DNA of 64,000 nt. Origin: Hormiphora californensis. Taxonomy: Eukaryota > Animalia > Ctenophora. The notes below the pieces were generated by a model, which saw only the letters and a list, made by a program, of their open reading frames with translations, had not been told where the DNA came from and did no database searches. Below, in pieces: positions 12,601 to 25,518 of this stretch; position 1 is the stretch's first letter; every line of letters begins with the position of its first letter. A program made the translations under genes and the position numbers. Location of the stretch: contig CM035351.1 of assembly GCA_020137815.1 (NCBI GenBank), positions 9,424,001 to 9,488,000 of the forward strand, in the 5' to 3' direction.

Positions 12601-15600
12601 AGTGGGCAGAGAGGGGGTTTAGCTGATAATAGTTTAGAGACACATCGGAGAGATAGGAGGAGTTATAAAGTTAGTTGTGGTAGGGACAATGGTCAGATCT
12701 AAAGATCGTATCCTAAATGGTGAAATATATCCTGTAAAGTGTAAACCTCTCGCTTTATACAGCTACTATGAGTGTCATGGGCGTTATGTATTAGATTAGG
12801 GGTAACGCGATTTGCTGCAACATGGGTTTTATCAGTCCCTCTTATCTACATTGCAGCTGCATTGCAAACATTCATTCTTCCTTCTCCATACCTCCTCTTG
12901 TTGTAACAGCTTCTACTCATGGTATATTATAGTTTGATATCTTCCCTCTAACTTGTTCATTCTATAGGGAGATGAGACCGTTGGAGGTAGATCAGACTAG
13001 AGTTGAGAGGGACAACAGCCCTGTAACAACTGCTATCCGCCTGCTCGCCAGTGATGGTGTTCCAACCGAAACTCGTCCTCCCTCCCAGGTTATTATACAG
13101 CTGGTTGTACCAGATCCTGTTCATACTGTCAAGTTCTCCTGAGAGAGAGAGTCTGAACATACCCTTCCCTAACTCCTCCATCTTCCCTCAGATAGCCACA
13201 GAGTTCCTGTCCCTTTCGAGGGATCTGGAGCACCGGTGGGACCTCATAACGAGGTACACTGAGTGGTTGTCTGGTGGCAGGGAGGCAGAGGAGGAACCAA
13301 CTTTCTGGGACGAGAGTACTCAACAACTCCGTTCTGCTAAGGTAACCACTAGACTAGAGAGTACTCAACAACTCCGTTCTGCTAAGGTAACCACTAGACT
13401 AGAGAGTACTCAACAACTCCGTTCTGCTAAGGTAACCACTAGACCTCCCTCTAGACCACCAGTAGTATAGACCCGATATATACCACGTGATGTTGTACCC
13501 TAGACCCACTCAGCCACAGTTTGAAACATTTCAGTTTGGCCATTACTTCGTCCATTACTTCGTCCACTCCCCCCCCCCCTCATTTTGACAATTGTCCCCC
13601 TCTCCCTCTCAGTTTGCGCTGGCTCCATGCCCCCTGGTAAACGACTCGCTAAACAAGACAGTGAACTTGACATTGAGGAAGTACAGTAAGAGCAGGTACC
13701 AGGCTGTGATGAGGCAACTAAAAGAGAGGAAGAGTGAGGTCGCTACCCTCCGTAACATCTGTATACATGCAGAGGGATCCATGGAGAATGAAGCACTGGA
13801 TATCATCTTCAAAACAGCACACAACCTAGGGGAGGGTCTATCTAGACGGGTCAGGGACACAGCAACAGAACTGTACGGTGTGGATCCCACCCAAATAGAG
13901 CTACTGAGAACCCTGGTAGTGGACCTCCCAAGAAAGCTCCAGAACGCCAACCCTTCAGAGTACCCTGGACTAGTGTTTCTCTATTTTGAGAACTACGTTC
14001 ACCTGGTAAAGGCAGAGCTGCAGCTTCTAAAAGTACCTGGTATTTTACAGAATGGTCTGGGTTCCTACAACTACCCCAGTACAGAGGAGCTGTTTAGTAA
14101 TAACCCTGTGTTGAGATCCATCCTGGAGGAGAGCACCCGGAACCCAGAACTATACAGTTTTGTATCTTCATTCCCAGAACTATTCGGACACCGGACCCTC
14201 AAAGACAAGACCTTCACTTTCGTAGGAGCTGGATTCCCCCTTACTGGCATTGTTCTCCACATAGAAACAGGGGCTAGTATTAACCTTATTGACTACGATA
14301 TAACAGCTGTTGAGAATGCCCGGAAGTTCCTAGCCCTAACAGAGAAACTAGGTATAACGGCTCCAGGAGCGTTCAAAGTTATCCACGCTGATGCCCGTGA
14401 TGTTGTCTACATCCCTGCTGAACAGCCAGTACATGGTCTTAGGATGCTAGATGGTACATTCTGTTCCCCGTTGTGTCCCTTGAAACCCGAACTAGTGGGT
14501 AAAGTAGTGGTACCTACTGACATACTGGACCTTGCCAGCGCTCTACCAGCTGATATAACAGCTAAAGTGATAGCAGAGAACGCTGCATTTGTACCCTGGA
14601 TTAGAAAGAGGAATGTAAGGGGGATGTCGGAGGTGCTTTATGAGAGGTTTGAGTTGGAGGATGCTAAATTCAGGATGATAGGAGAGATAACACCCCCGCA
14701 GTGTGCAGTTAATGGGGCCACACCCGCACATCTTATCACAGGTGAGACATGGGACTGGGAATGGAAGGGGTGACAAATAGAAGAATACAGTGATAAGTCT
14801 CTTTAGTGCAGAACCCCCTCAATATCCTCCAATATATTAACCCTCTCCTCCTCTTACAGGACTGACTGCTACATGGAATGTGAACAGCTGCCAGTTATAC
14901 ATGAACATGAGCAACTTCTACAGTAAAATGGACTTCCTGGATAGCATCCGTAACAGACCCTTCTACGATAATATCAAACGTGGAATATTTCAGGTCAGTA
15001 GATGGAATTTTCTTAATGTGTATCCTGATAAAGCCAATACTTTGTAAAACAAAGGGGCTAAATGAACCTTCCACAAGTATTTCAACTCGCTAACCCATGT
15101 TCCACCCAGGTACGAGATGAAGACAAGGGATTATGGGACAGGAGGATTCGAGAGTTTTATAAGAAACCACGGAACAGCCCTTGCTATCTCAGTTGTACCA
15201 TCGAACACTCTGTAGCGTGAACACTCTCTTGTTAAATGTGTCGCCTGATTTTCAGTTATAATCTCTTCTTCTGTTACTTCGAGCAGAGATACAATGGTAA
15301 TTTGTGTAGTACCTGCGTCACACATGACACAAGTGCGTGGTGTTCTAACTAAGCAGTAAGCTGTGAATATATGGTGATAAGAAAGGAGGGGTGGCAATGG
15401 TGGACATATTATTTCACATGTCGTGTTAAAATAATACAAGTACAGCACTGATAAGAGTTCACACTGTCAACCAATATAATGACTGACCTCCGTGACAGAT
15501 GCCGTGTGACCGGCGGTGGTTCCGTATTATCACATTAGTGGGTGCCTCGTACAGGTCCGATCTGGGGTCAGGACACCTGTGTTCTCGGAACAGAGAGAAC

Positions 15601-18600
15601 TTGGGCACTATCGACATGGGGAACTCGCACTGGGGAGAGGAGGGTGGGTTAGTTGATGGGGAGAGGAGGGTGGGTTAGGAGGGGAACTGGGGAGAGGAGG
15701 GTGGGTTAGGTGGGGAACTGGGGAGGGCAGGGTGGGTTAGGTGGGGAACTGGGGAGAAGAGAGGGTGGGTTAGGCGGGGAACTGGGGAGGGGAGGGTGGG
15801 TTAGGCGGGGAACTGGGGAGGGGAGGGTGGGTTAGACGGGGAACTGGGGAGAGGAGGGTGGGTTAGGAGGGGAACTGGGCAGGGCAGGGTGGGTTAGGCG
15901 GGGAACTGGGGAGAGTAGGGTGGCTTGGACAAAGGCGGAGAGAAGGGGAAGGTGGGTTAGGTAAGGGGAGGGTAGGGGAGAGAAAAAAGTGAGGGAGGGG
16001 AGAGAAAGGGTGAAGACTTGTTGAACATCTCACCCGCATATGTTGATCCTTCATGAACCCATGAACCAAGTCATTTAGAGAGGGTGGGTGGTAGCACTTA
16101 GTACCCTTTGCTTCCAGTGCATCGAACCTGTTTATTAGACCCCCGCAGCTCTTTTGGGGCACCTGGTGGAATGGTTAATTGTTACTGTTATTGGAAACTC
16201 GAGGGCGCTTACAGAAACACTATATCTCTCTACACACTGTTGGCGATATAAATCTACCTTGGCAAGTCCTAGTTTCTGAACAGGCGTTGACTGCAGATCC
16301 TCGCTGGAACTAGAGGCTCTGGACCGGGGATTCCTAATAACCAGTTTCTTGCAGGGTACTATGGGTGACATAAGGTGGGAGGAGGGAGGGGGACATGACT
16401 CAGATATGGGATGACACTTTGTTATGTCTTTATCTAGCTTCTGTTTCACTTCTTCAACCAGCATTGAGGCAGTAGAACGCAGCCCGTACCTGGAATATTG
16501 TTATTGGTAGTACTGCATCTGCTGCGAATGATGTTATTGTGAGATAGGTGGGGGTAAAAGAGAGCAGATATAGAGATTACTCACTCTAGCATGGTCGAAT
16601 GTAGGAGTTGAAACAGCTCATCCTTTTCAAATTCAATTGGTGTCTTGGTAGCGATGTCCTTCTTGGTCATCTTGTTTAGCATGGAGGGTTCAGTGCTGGA
16701 TTTGTCGGTTGAGACCCCAAACAGGACCTCTAGCAGTGAGCTGGTGTAGGTACAGAACTGGGCATGTGTCTCTAGGTTCTCTGAAAAGGGAGGGATAATG
16801 TACAATGTATATTTAGTCATGTACAATGTATTGTGTCTGTAATACATTTTCTAGCAGAGTACACGCGGGAGGGACAGTGTATAGCGCGCTGAACACCAAA
16901 TCTAACAACTCGCGCGCTCCATCAAGTCACGCCTTTGTGTCGAGTCTGTGAGACACTGTGCCAAAAACATGCTGTGTGATTGTGAAAGCATTTTGAAAAA
17001 TACAATCCCTAATAATGGGTCCTTGATAATGTTGTCTCTCACCTGGGCAGACGGGTTCCCTCATAAGGGCAAGAAGTTGACCACTACTCATGAGATGTAG
17101 CTTGCTGGCTATCTGTCTCACAGCCCGGGACCTACATAACCCATTCAGGGCTTTACACGCCCCAGTCCTCAACTCATCGGCATGCTTTACAGGTGTTGAG
17201 GTTAGGAGCAGGGATATGAGCACCTTGATACCGTTATTGGACCTGATTGCACTCCACATTTTCTGCATTACTTCATCTGAACTGCTCCTTCGCACTGGAC
17301 CCGGGGTCATCGTCTGGTGGGAGAGAGAAGGGGATATAGGGGTCATCGTCTGGTGGGAGAGAGAAGGGGATATAGGGGTCATTGTCTGGTGGGAGAGAGA
17401 AGGGGATATAGGGGTCATCGTCTGGTGGGAGAGAGAGAAGGGGATATAGGGGTCATCGTCTGGTGGGAGAGAGAAGGGGATATAGGGGTCATCGTCTGGT
17501 GGGAGGGAGGGATCAGAGAGATAGAGGAGTTATCGTCTGGAGATAGAGGGGGAGGTATAAGAGATAGAGGGGTCAGGAGTCCTTGTCTGGTGAGAGAGGG
17601 GAAACTGATTGGTTGAACAGGAATTGGGAGGATTTAGATTTTAGATGGGTTAGGGATTAATAGATATGGAAACATACCAGGTTGAGGCTGTAACTATTAG
17701 CACGGAAAGGTCCACACGCCACACTGACTATGAGGGAGAGGGCAGCCCGCTGTGTATCTATACTACCGTACTCCTCACAGGCACCCAATACTAACTTGAT
17801 CATCGTACTAGACTCTCCTGGATAGAAGGGGGGAGGGTGTGTTAGTGGTTTGTATGTACCAGTGAGGAATAGGAGTTATGAAAATGGAAAATATCTTGAT
17901 CCCTAACACAAATTGATCCAATCCTACTACCTAAACACACGCCACTCCCCCAGCACTAACCCACTCCCCCAGCACTAACACACTCCCCCAGCACTCACTC
18001 CCTCCATCCTACCATTGTCAGGTGCAGGGTATTGCTCAGTTAACTTCAGTTGGTACCGAGGTAGTATGGTAAGTAACATTTGTACTGATATAATACAGGG
18101 TGTCGCATCATGTCGTGTGCCTCTCCACGCTTCACCTAGACAGGGACAGAGTGTTATTAACTGATATGTGTGAACTGTGAGATAAATCACATGTCTAATA
18201 TATCCATCAATCTACATGTATTCAGAGGTCTGTGAGTCCGTCTGTTTTTGGTCTGTTTGAGCGACTGACATGTGTGAAAAGCGTGGACAAGCAACTCGAA
18301 TCCTCCCTGTTGGTGGAAGTTATCAATTGCCGACCAAATACTGTCGAACTCCACATTGTTTTGTATGTAATCTATCACTTTCTTCTTCAGATTCTCCTCT
18401 ATTTCCAGAGTCTGCGGAATGGGAGAGAATAGAAGCAATGATCCTATAATGTGGAACCATCAAAGAATAAGACCGCTGCTCACTGGTGAAATAGAGTAGC
18501 TTTCTAAATACACCCATTATACTAATATCATATAGTTACCTTGACACTGACGTGAGGCTGAAAGGGGCTCATTCCAATACCCTGGTGATCTTTGATCCTC

Positions 18601-21600
18601 CTAAGGTGCTCAGCATACAGGACAGTGTGGCCCCCTACATAGTGTAGTAGGGCACTGCAGGTGTGCTTTAGTTTCTGTCTCAGTAGAAACACTAATACTT
18701 CATTGGAGTGGGAGGGGGAGTTCTCTGCTAGGTCATCCAGAGTGTCCCGCAACTAATAGGGGGAGGGGGTTTGTGGGTTAGGAAGTAGGGGGGGAGGGGG
18801 TTGTAGGGGAGGAAGAGGGGGTTGTGGGGGAGGAGGAGGGGGTTTGTGGGTTAGGAAGTAGGGGAGAAAGAGGGGGTTTGTGGGTTAGGAAGTAGGGGAG
18901 AAAGAGGGGGTTGTAGAATGTAGGGGAGGAAGAGGGGGTTTGTGGGTTAGGAAGTAAGGGAGAAAGAGGGGGTTGTAGGGGAGTAAGTAGGGGAGAAAGA
19001 GGGGGTTGTAGGGGAGAAAGAGGGGGTTGTAGGGGAGTAAGTGGGGGAGGAAGAGGGGGTTGTGGGTTAGGAAGTAGGGGAGTAAGTAATCTATTAATCT
19101 CGTGGGGTCAGTGTGTCAGGTACCTACCAAGTCTAGTAGATAGGGAAGTCCATCTTGTTTATCAAACTCCTCAAGTATCGGTTGGTAGGAGAAGGCGAAG
19201 GAGAGAAAGAGAATGATATGACTCCTTCCACTCTCGTGAACTCCCTTTAGTAACTTCAGGCAGGTACTGGGGTAACAAATCGGTATATACATGCGAACAA
19301 CAATTATTGATTGATGCTAATTATTTTGCTAATTACTATCTACCTCCCAGCCTTGTGCAGGGAGCTACTGCATAGTCCCAGTACCTGATAAGTGGTGTGA
19401 TGAGGGACCTATTATAGGAGCACAACCTCTCCATATCTCCTGCGTGGAACACTAACGCGTAGAAACAGATGCTAACACCAGTGTATGCCCTCTCATTGTA
19501 GGGTAGACCCATCAGTAGGTTTAGTCCATCATAGTGCATGAACTCACTCGCAAACTTCTTGTGGCACAACAGAGAGGACAGGTACTGAAATAAAGAGGAG
19601 GGGGTAGGAAGGATAGATACTGAAATAAGGAGGGAGGGGGTAGGAAGGATAGATACTGAAATAAGAGGGAGGGGGTAGGAAGGACAGGTACTGAAATAGA
19701 GGAGGGAGGGGGTAGGAAGGATAGATACTGAAATAAAGGGGATGGGTGGATAGTTTGTGGCACAATAGATAGCACCATATTTAAAACGGGGGAGGGGCAC
19801 AGATGTATAATACATATGAAACTAAACCCGACTATTTCAGTAGTTACCCTGATAAGGTCGAATATAATAGGAGTGTTAACGTTGGTGATACTGATGTAGT
19901 TGAGAAGCAGCTTTAGAATATTGTTCTTCATTATCAGACCCAGGAACTGCAAAGTAGTCAGTTGTTTATTCTTGTCAAACAATTTGAAGTCTAGCTCGAA
20001 TCTTTCTCAAAGATAACAAGTTATCATGCAGCAAGTCACAATGTTCGGAGAGGGCAGTGTTACCTCTTGGTACTCTCCCAGTGAAAGGAGAAAGTGAAGG
20101 ACAGCCTGACATTGGAACTCCCCAAAATCTCTATCTCCAATGAGTGAAGAACGGAGTAACCCCTTAGTTTCTGGTCTGTTTAGATCGTATATCTCTGTAC
20201 CGTCCATCGTTACCTCGTCAGTCCAGATAACTGGGTGACAGTGAAATTATAGATGGTTATTGGTAATCCATAATCCATATACTTCGTATCTCCCCACCTA
20301 GCCACTATCATCATATGTCACACAATTAACCCTATAATTTACACCCTACTTATCTCACTACTATCTCAGTCCTATCTCACTCCTATCTCACTACTATTGT
20401 TCCAGTACTAAAACAGCAGGTAGAATCATCACACAGTACCTGGTGAGTTGGGGTTCTGTCCAGCGTGTGCAGCCTCGTACTCAGCACGTGCCTTCTTGTA
20501 CATCTCCTTCAAGCTTCCTCAACAGCAGGTTTACTAGATCTGTGTTGTTCTGGTGGTACCTGTGCAGGTGGGTGATGAGGATGTTGTTTCATAATGAGCC
20601 ATGCGAATTATTTGCAAATATACCTGCTACATAGAGTTTCGCCATAACTGAGCATTTCCACTGCATATGAAGTTAGGGGTTCTCTGTCTGCTAGAGCCCA
20701 CCGATACAATGTCTCTATCATTCCCTCGTCCTGAAAATAATTTGTGTGGGGGAGAGAAAGATAGATATCAGAGAGAGGAATATAAGGAGGAAACAAGACC
20801 CGGTTTGATACACCCTGTTTGTCGGTGGGAAGAAGGATTGCACATTGTAATACTACCTAACTCATTCATAGCAATAATCATAGTGCAAGCCCCTTTAACC
20901 TATTGTACTACATGACAGTGCGTCACGTTGTGTATTGCACGCAACACAACATAGTGCACTGTGCAGGCTGGCATCTAGCCAAGTGAAGCAACACAAACAA
21001 GTTCTGCACTACTGTACCAGGTCCTGACAGAGTGCATGCAGGATCCAGTACTTACAACTTCCTTGAAGTATGCGTTAGCATTAATTCCATTCATGGCCGA
21101 TGCCATAAGCCGTGCTGCTAGGATCTTGCACGGTTCGTCATTAGCATATCTCGAACCGGTCAGGTATGTAGATATCAACTGAGTGGAATTGTAAAAATGG
21201 AAAATAAATACATGTAATGAAAACGATGACTGAAATGAACCTACTTATATTATTAATTATTATGTATACAGCGCTATCAATTAGTAATTAGTAATCACCA
21301 TCAATTAGTAATTAGTAATCACCATCAATTAGTAATCACCATCAATTAGTAATTAGTAATCACCATCAATTAGTAATTAGTAATTTTACCATTTCTAGAA
21401 ATTCCTCGTGATCAAGAATCGTTTTGATCACTTCACACTCCACATTTTCAGTAACATTCTTGAAATCATCAAAAGGGTCCAGACCAAGCTTCAATACCTC
21501 GTCCTTAGCCTCGTCAGTAACCTCTGAAATACACGTGTGTCAAATGGGATACACCATGTTGGACGGTGTTGGAAACTAGATGTTACATACGTGCTATGGA

Positions 21601-21708
21601 GCGTAGTGTATGGTATGGATAGTCAGGGGGAAGGGGTAACATGCGGTGCCGCTCCTCCCATTCCAATAGCAGGAACCTGACTCGATCAACTAATATTAAA
21701 CTACCCAT
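6669..21708 (-). CDS. DCAF1: DDB1- and CUL4-associated factor 1 (VprBP), multi-exon
   Basis: Exon translations include LisH-like [25 protein letters not shown]-like [65 protein letters not shown] and an acidic D/E tail. Start [10 protein letters not shown] at 21708; stop after DDTQGVLVE at 6669. Internal boundaries are not all resolved. Confidence 0.9.
6774..7586. mobile_element. Non-autonomous TIR element (MULE/hAT-like MITE) in last DCAF1 intron
   Basis: Ends G9CCAACG ... CGTTGGC9; flanking direct repeat (c)agtttaga at 6765-6773 and 7586-7594 (8-9 bp TSD); AT-rich TATATTTT subterminal repeats. Confidence 0.8.
10757..10987. repeat. ~38-bp minisatellite at a DCAF1 3' splice site
   Basis: Unit tgaagggaggtaaccatggttacagtcaacatggttac, ~5 copies; the minus strand contains cccttcag. 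Confidence 0.85.
12972..15220 (+). CDS. Nicotianamine synthase / CntL-like SAM-dependent aminocarboxypropyl transferase, nested antisense in a DCAF1 intron
   Basis: Exons 12972-13088, 13192-13341, 13613-14741, 14860-14993, 15110-15220 join in frame (~546 aa). NAS-like motifs in order: [86 protein letters not shown]. Start codon is tentative. Confidence 0.78.
13312..13444 (+). repeat. 45-bp tandem repeat x3 spanning a 5' splice site
   Basis: Unit gagagtactcaacaactccgttctgctaag|gtaaccactagacta; GT donors after 13341, 13386 and 13431. Confidence 0.9.
15630..15965. repeat. ~30-bp G-rich minisatellite at a DCAF1 acceptor
   Basis: Minus-strand unit ctaacccaccctcctctccccag-ttcccc = branch point + pyrimidine tract + CAG. 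Confidence 0.85.
17303..17505. repeat. 36-bp minisatellite spanning a DCAF1 acceptor
   Basis: Minus-strand unit tatatccccttctctctcccaccag|acgatgacccc, ~5.5 copies. Confidence 0.85.
18758..19085. repeat. Degenerate G/A-rich minisatellite in DCAF1 intron
   Basis: Repeats of ggggagaaagagggggtt(t)gtgggttaggaagta; the minus strand carries CTAAC plus pyrimidine tract. Confidence 0.75.
19575..19745. repeat. ~35-bp minisatellite spanning a DCAF1 acceptor
   Basis: Minus-strand unit tctatccttcctaccccctccctcttatttcag|ta, ~5 copies; the exon continues [11 protein letters not shown]. Confidence 0.85.
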
Positions 21709-21941
21709 TATCTCTCCATTCTTCCTAAAAGGTTCAAATTGTAATAATATCAATAAGGCAACATTTCCAACTAGTGATAGTTTCAAAACAAAGGGGTCAC
21801 CTTTCCAGCCAACTTATTTCTGTTAGCTTTTGGATAATGTATTTGTGTACTTGATGCTTTCGTTCTAGTGCTGCACTAGAGGGGGAAGAGGCGCCGCCGT
21901 GGAGAAGGATGTTTGACACGGGTATTAAAGAGTCGTTGTTA

Positions 21942-22053
21942 CTGCAAACTGTATTTAATAAACTGCAAACTGTATTTAATAAACTGCAAACTGTATTTAA
22001 TAAACTGCAAACTGTATTTAATAAACTGCAAACTGTATTTAATAAACTGCAAA
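21942..22053. repeat. 21-bp tandem repeat in ZNF 3' region
   Basis: (actgcaaactgtatttaataa) x ~5; contains ATTAAA on the minus strand. Confidence 0.85.
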
Positions 22054-22111
22054 CAAATTAATTACCCTTTTAAAAAAATATAGGAAACTTGTAGAAAACT
22101 TTAAAAATTAA

Positions 22112-23846
22112 TTAATTCGGGCTTGTAGAACAGGACAACTCATGAGCTTTTCTTTCTGTACTCTGGATAAAACGTTTGCCACAGTGACAACATGAAAAGG
22201 GTTTCTCACCAGTATGTGTTCTCATATGTTCCCTCATAGTACATAATCGATGAAATGGTTTACCACAGACCTCACATTTGAATAGATTCTTCCCAGTATG
22301 TAAGTTAAAATGTACCTTATAACTACTCAATTGAGTAAACTTTTTTCCACAGATCTTACATTCGTATGGTTGAATTCCGGTATGGATTTTATTATGAGAG
22401 CTCAGCTCTGACTGAAACTTAAAAGAACAAGGACATTTATCACATTGGAGCTTCTCTTTGGGATGTGCTAGTTCTGATATGCTCGTACAGCTCGTTCTTG
22501 GGTAATCTCATTCCTACAATTTCTAAGCCGGCAAGAAACTATTGTTTGCTCGTTATGGATCAACAACTGATGTTTCGCTAACTGGCCTTTTTGCATAAAC
22601 TTTTTTCCACACTTGTCACATTGGTAAGGTTTGTCTCCGCCGTGGATCAGGCTGTGCTTAGCAAGCTCACAGGGATACTTAAAAGCCATAGGACAAATAT
22701 CGCACCTGCGTTTCTTATCTCCATGCTCAATTCTGACGTGCTCGAACAATTCCTTCTCCGATGGTTTCATTACTGCACACCCCCTGATTTTACACTGGTA
22801 ACCAGCGTTCTGCCAGTTTTTTCCAGTAGAATCCTTTGCCGATGAAGTTCGATTACTTTTGTCGGGTACTTGTTTCTGAGGAGAATCTTCTTCACTCGAT
22901 TGACAGGAAGATGTAGAAGAAAGTTGAGACACTTGATCTGAGACAGGCTGCGGTTGTTTAATTCTAGCAGATGTGCGACGAGAACTGAGATTAGAGGTAG
23001 TCGGCTGACTATCAAGAGATTGTCGAGGTAGTGTAGGTTGTGATAGTTGAACAGGGAGTTTTGAAGCAGTAGATTTGTGGGAAGAACTCTGCTTATCTTG
23101 TTCATCTTCTTCACTGGAATCACTGAGTGTCTCATCTGTAAGACCCAACATCATGTCATCTTCAGAGCTGCTAACCTCTTCCTCACCGCCAGATTCACCA
23201 AGAGATTCCTCTTCATCTGAGTCAGAACAATCCTCATCTTCTGAAGTATCATCTGAAAATATATGGGAGGGTTAGAACTTTTAACCATAGTTGTACATAG
23301 TTGTTGTCTATGAGAGAATGAAAGAACATAGATTGATTTAGATACAATCAAAGCAAATGACGGCGAGATGAAATGAGCATGAAACTCACCATGATCAAAG
23401 GACACAACAACTGGTGAAGCAGTAGAAGAAATATGAACCGAGACATGATTATTTTGGTCATTCCTTTCCATTGAATACTGATCCAGGGATCGATCGTTTG
23501 ACGCCTCGACAGGAACCTCAGAGACCCTTGACTCTTCAGTTCTCTGCTCTTCTTCACCAGTTTGAGAAGCAACTTCCACCAACATTGCAGATTTAACTAA
23601 TCGATATCCCAGTAAACCCAAATGGTAAATATCTGATCCTCCACAACCACCGCATGTTAATGTTAAAATGTTGTCTGTGGAAATTGTAATATTGGAACTC
23701 TTGGAATCGGTGCAGGGTGTGCCAATCTCTGGTTTGATCTTGCTTTCCACCTCAATTTGTTCCGTTTTCAGGAGGGCAGGAATTACAATCTTTCTTGCTG
23801 ACTTCGCCAACCTTCCAGAACCACAGCTACGTTTTCTTTTTGCCAT
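22112..23846 (-). CDS. C2H2 zinc-finger protein (two apparent +1 frameshifts)
   Basis: Exon 23846-23390, intron, exon 23252-22112. Multiple CxxC..H..H fingers with HTGEKP/HTGIQPY linkers. Removing single As at ~22515 and ~22472 restores NCGMRLPKNELYEHIRLAHPKEKLQCDKC. Confidence 0.8.
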
Positions 23847-24081
23847 ACCTCGATGGGAGAAAGATGGGATTTGTGCTTTAGCAATCAATTCAAATTCAAA
23901 TCAAATCAAACCAACCAATAACTTATACAACAACTTGTAAAACAACTTATATAACAACTTATACAACAACTTGTAAAACAACTTATATAACAACTTATAC
24001 CCAAACTACTGATCGCCTTCTTCATATCCCACATCTGAGATGAGAAGCAGGCCATCACGGATGATCATTACTGTTGGCTCA

Positions 24082-25518
24082 CTAATCACTATCATCTGAA
24101 TCTAAATCCATTAATTCATCCTCTATCCTCCATTCAGGATCCATTTCATCATCAGAAACTTCCTGAGATCTACAGTTCAACAAGATAAACTTGGGAAAAT
24201 CAGCCGGGTCAAGCTGCAAAAGATCAGGGCATGTGATGGTAAGCCTGACACTACTCTCATTATATCTTGCCTGACATTCATAAAGGAATGTTCCCTCAAT
24301 GTTAGAACAATTGCTGAGAGATATTGATTTCAAGTTCTTGAGAGTGAGAATGGCGTCTGTAACCTCCCTATCTGTAATGGTGGAATGACTCAATGAGACA
24401 CTCTGTAGCGAGGCACAATGAGGCAACCAGCTGTAACCAGATTCATCTACTTTATTTCCATTCAAAGTAAGGTCTTTCAGCTGTTTGAGGTTCGTAATGA
24501 TATTTAGATTGGAACAGTTTAGTGTCCTCTCCATAGCACATTCCACTGTCAGTCGGTTCAATCCTTGATACTTTTTCACGATTAACAGTAACAGAATATC
24601 TAAGCTGATCCCAACTGCTTTCAGCTCCAAAGATTTCAAGTTTGGTACGAAACTCAGGAAATGATATAGCTGTTTTGTGTAGTTATCACGAGCCCTACTG
24701 TCACGGGTTGCCACTGTTAAGTGTTTTAGCTTTGGAAGGGGCTGCAGTGTTTTTTGGAGTCGGTCAAGTTTCTTGAGAACGTGAGATGGGATAGCCAGAG
24801 TCTCCAGGGTATTGTGAAACCGAATCAAAATTTGATGAAATGTTCGTGGGGGAATATTGTCACAGTAATCGAGAGATAGATGTTTTAAACGGTTCGTCCG
24901 CAATCTGTTAACAATACATGCCCCAGTAATCTTCTTGTTGTCGGTGAGCACTAGTTTGGTAAGTAATGGTAAGTTACAAACCATTAAGTTCAGCGATTTT
25001 TCCTTGAGCCCGGCACAAGATGTCAGATCAAGTTCGGCCAATGAGGGAGGGGTGTTAATTGAAAATTTGAGGGCACCATTTTCATGAACACGTTTCATTG
25101 ATAACTGAGTGAGTTGCGTGGACTTTCCAAGGGCTTTTACAATTTCAAAATTAACGTTTCTTAGATTCACATTCTTGACATTACTATGCACCAAATCCAA
25201 TACTCGGTCAATGTAACGGTCTTGAACGGAGATATCTTTAATAGTCCTCATGCTCATTATCTCACCACCCTTCCCAGACCCATAAACATGCACGATGGAT
25301 TGAAAGGACTCCCGAGATGTGTTATACCACCGTCTGCAAACCTTCCCACACTTCAACCGTTCTGCGGGCTGGAGATAAGAGAAAATATGAAGAATGATCT
25401 CGTCTGGCAATCGATGGAGCGAGGGATCCTTTTTAATTTGTTTCTCTAAACTCCACACAGGAAATCGTGACTGATTCTGAAGTTCAGTATCACTGCTACT
25501 AGGCAATTCAGTCGTCAT
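24082..25518 (-). CDS. F-box/LRR-repeat protein, intronless
   Basis: F-box LPDEIILHIFSYLQPAERLKCGKVCRRW followed by LxxLxLxxC LRRs; ATG at 25518. Confidence 0.88.
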   Translation of the reverse strand: MTTELPSSSDTELQNQSRFPVWSLEKQIKKDPSLHRLPDEIILHIFSYLQPAERLKCGKVCRRWYNTSRESFQSIVHVYGSGKGGEIMSMRTIKDISVQDRYIDRVLDLVHSNVKNVNLRNVNFEIVKALGKSTQLTQLSMKRVHENGALKFSINTPPSLAELDLTSCAGLKEKSLNLMVCNLPLLTKLVLTDNKKITGACIVNRLRTNRLKHLSLDYCDNIPPRTFHQILIRFHNTLETLAIPSHVLKKLDRLQKTLQPLPKLKHLTVATRDSRARDNYTKQLYHFLSFVPNLKSLELKAVGISLDILLLLIVKKYQGLNRLTVECAMERTLNCSNLNIITNLKQLKDLTLNGNKVDESGYSWLPHCASLQSVSLSHSTITDREVTDAILTLKNLKSISLSNCSNIEGTFLYECQARYNESSVRLTITCPDLLQLDPADFPKFILLNCRSQEVSDDEMDPEWRIEDELMDLDSDDSD

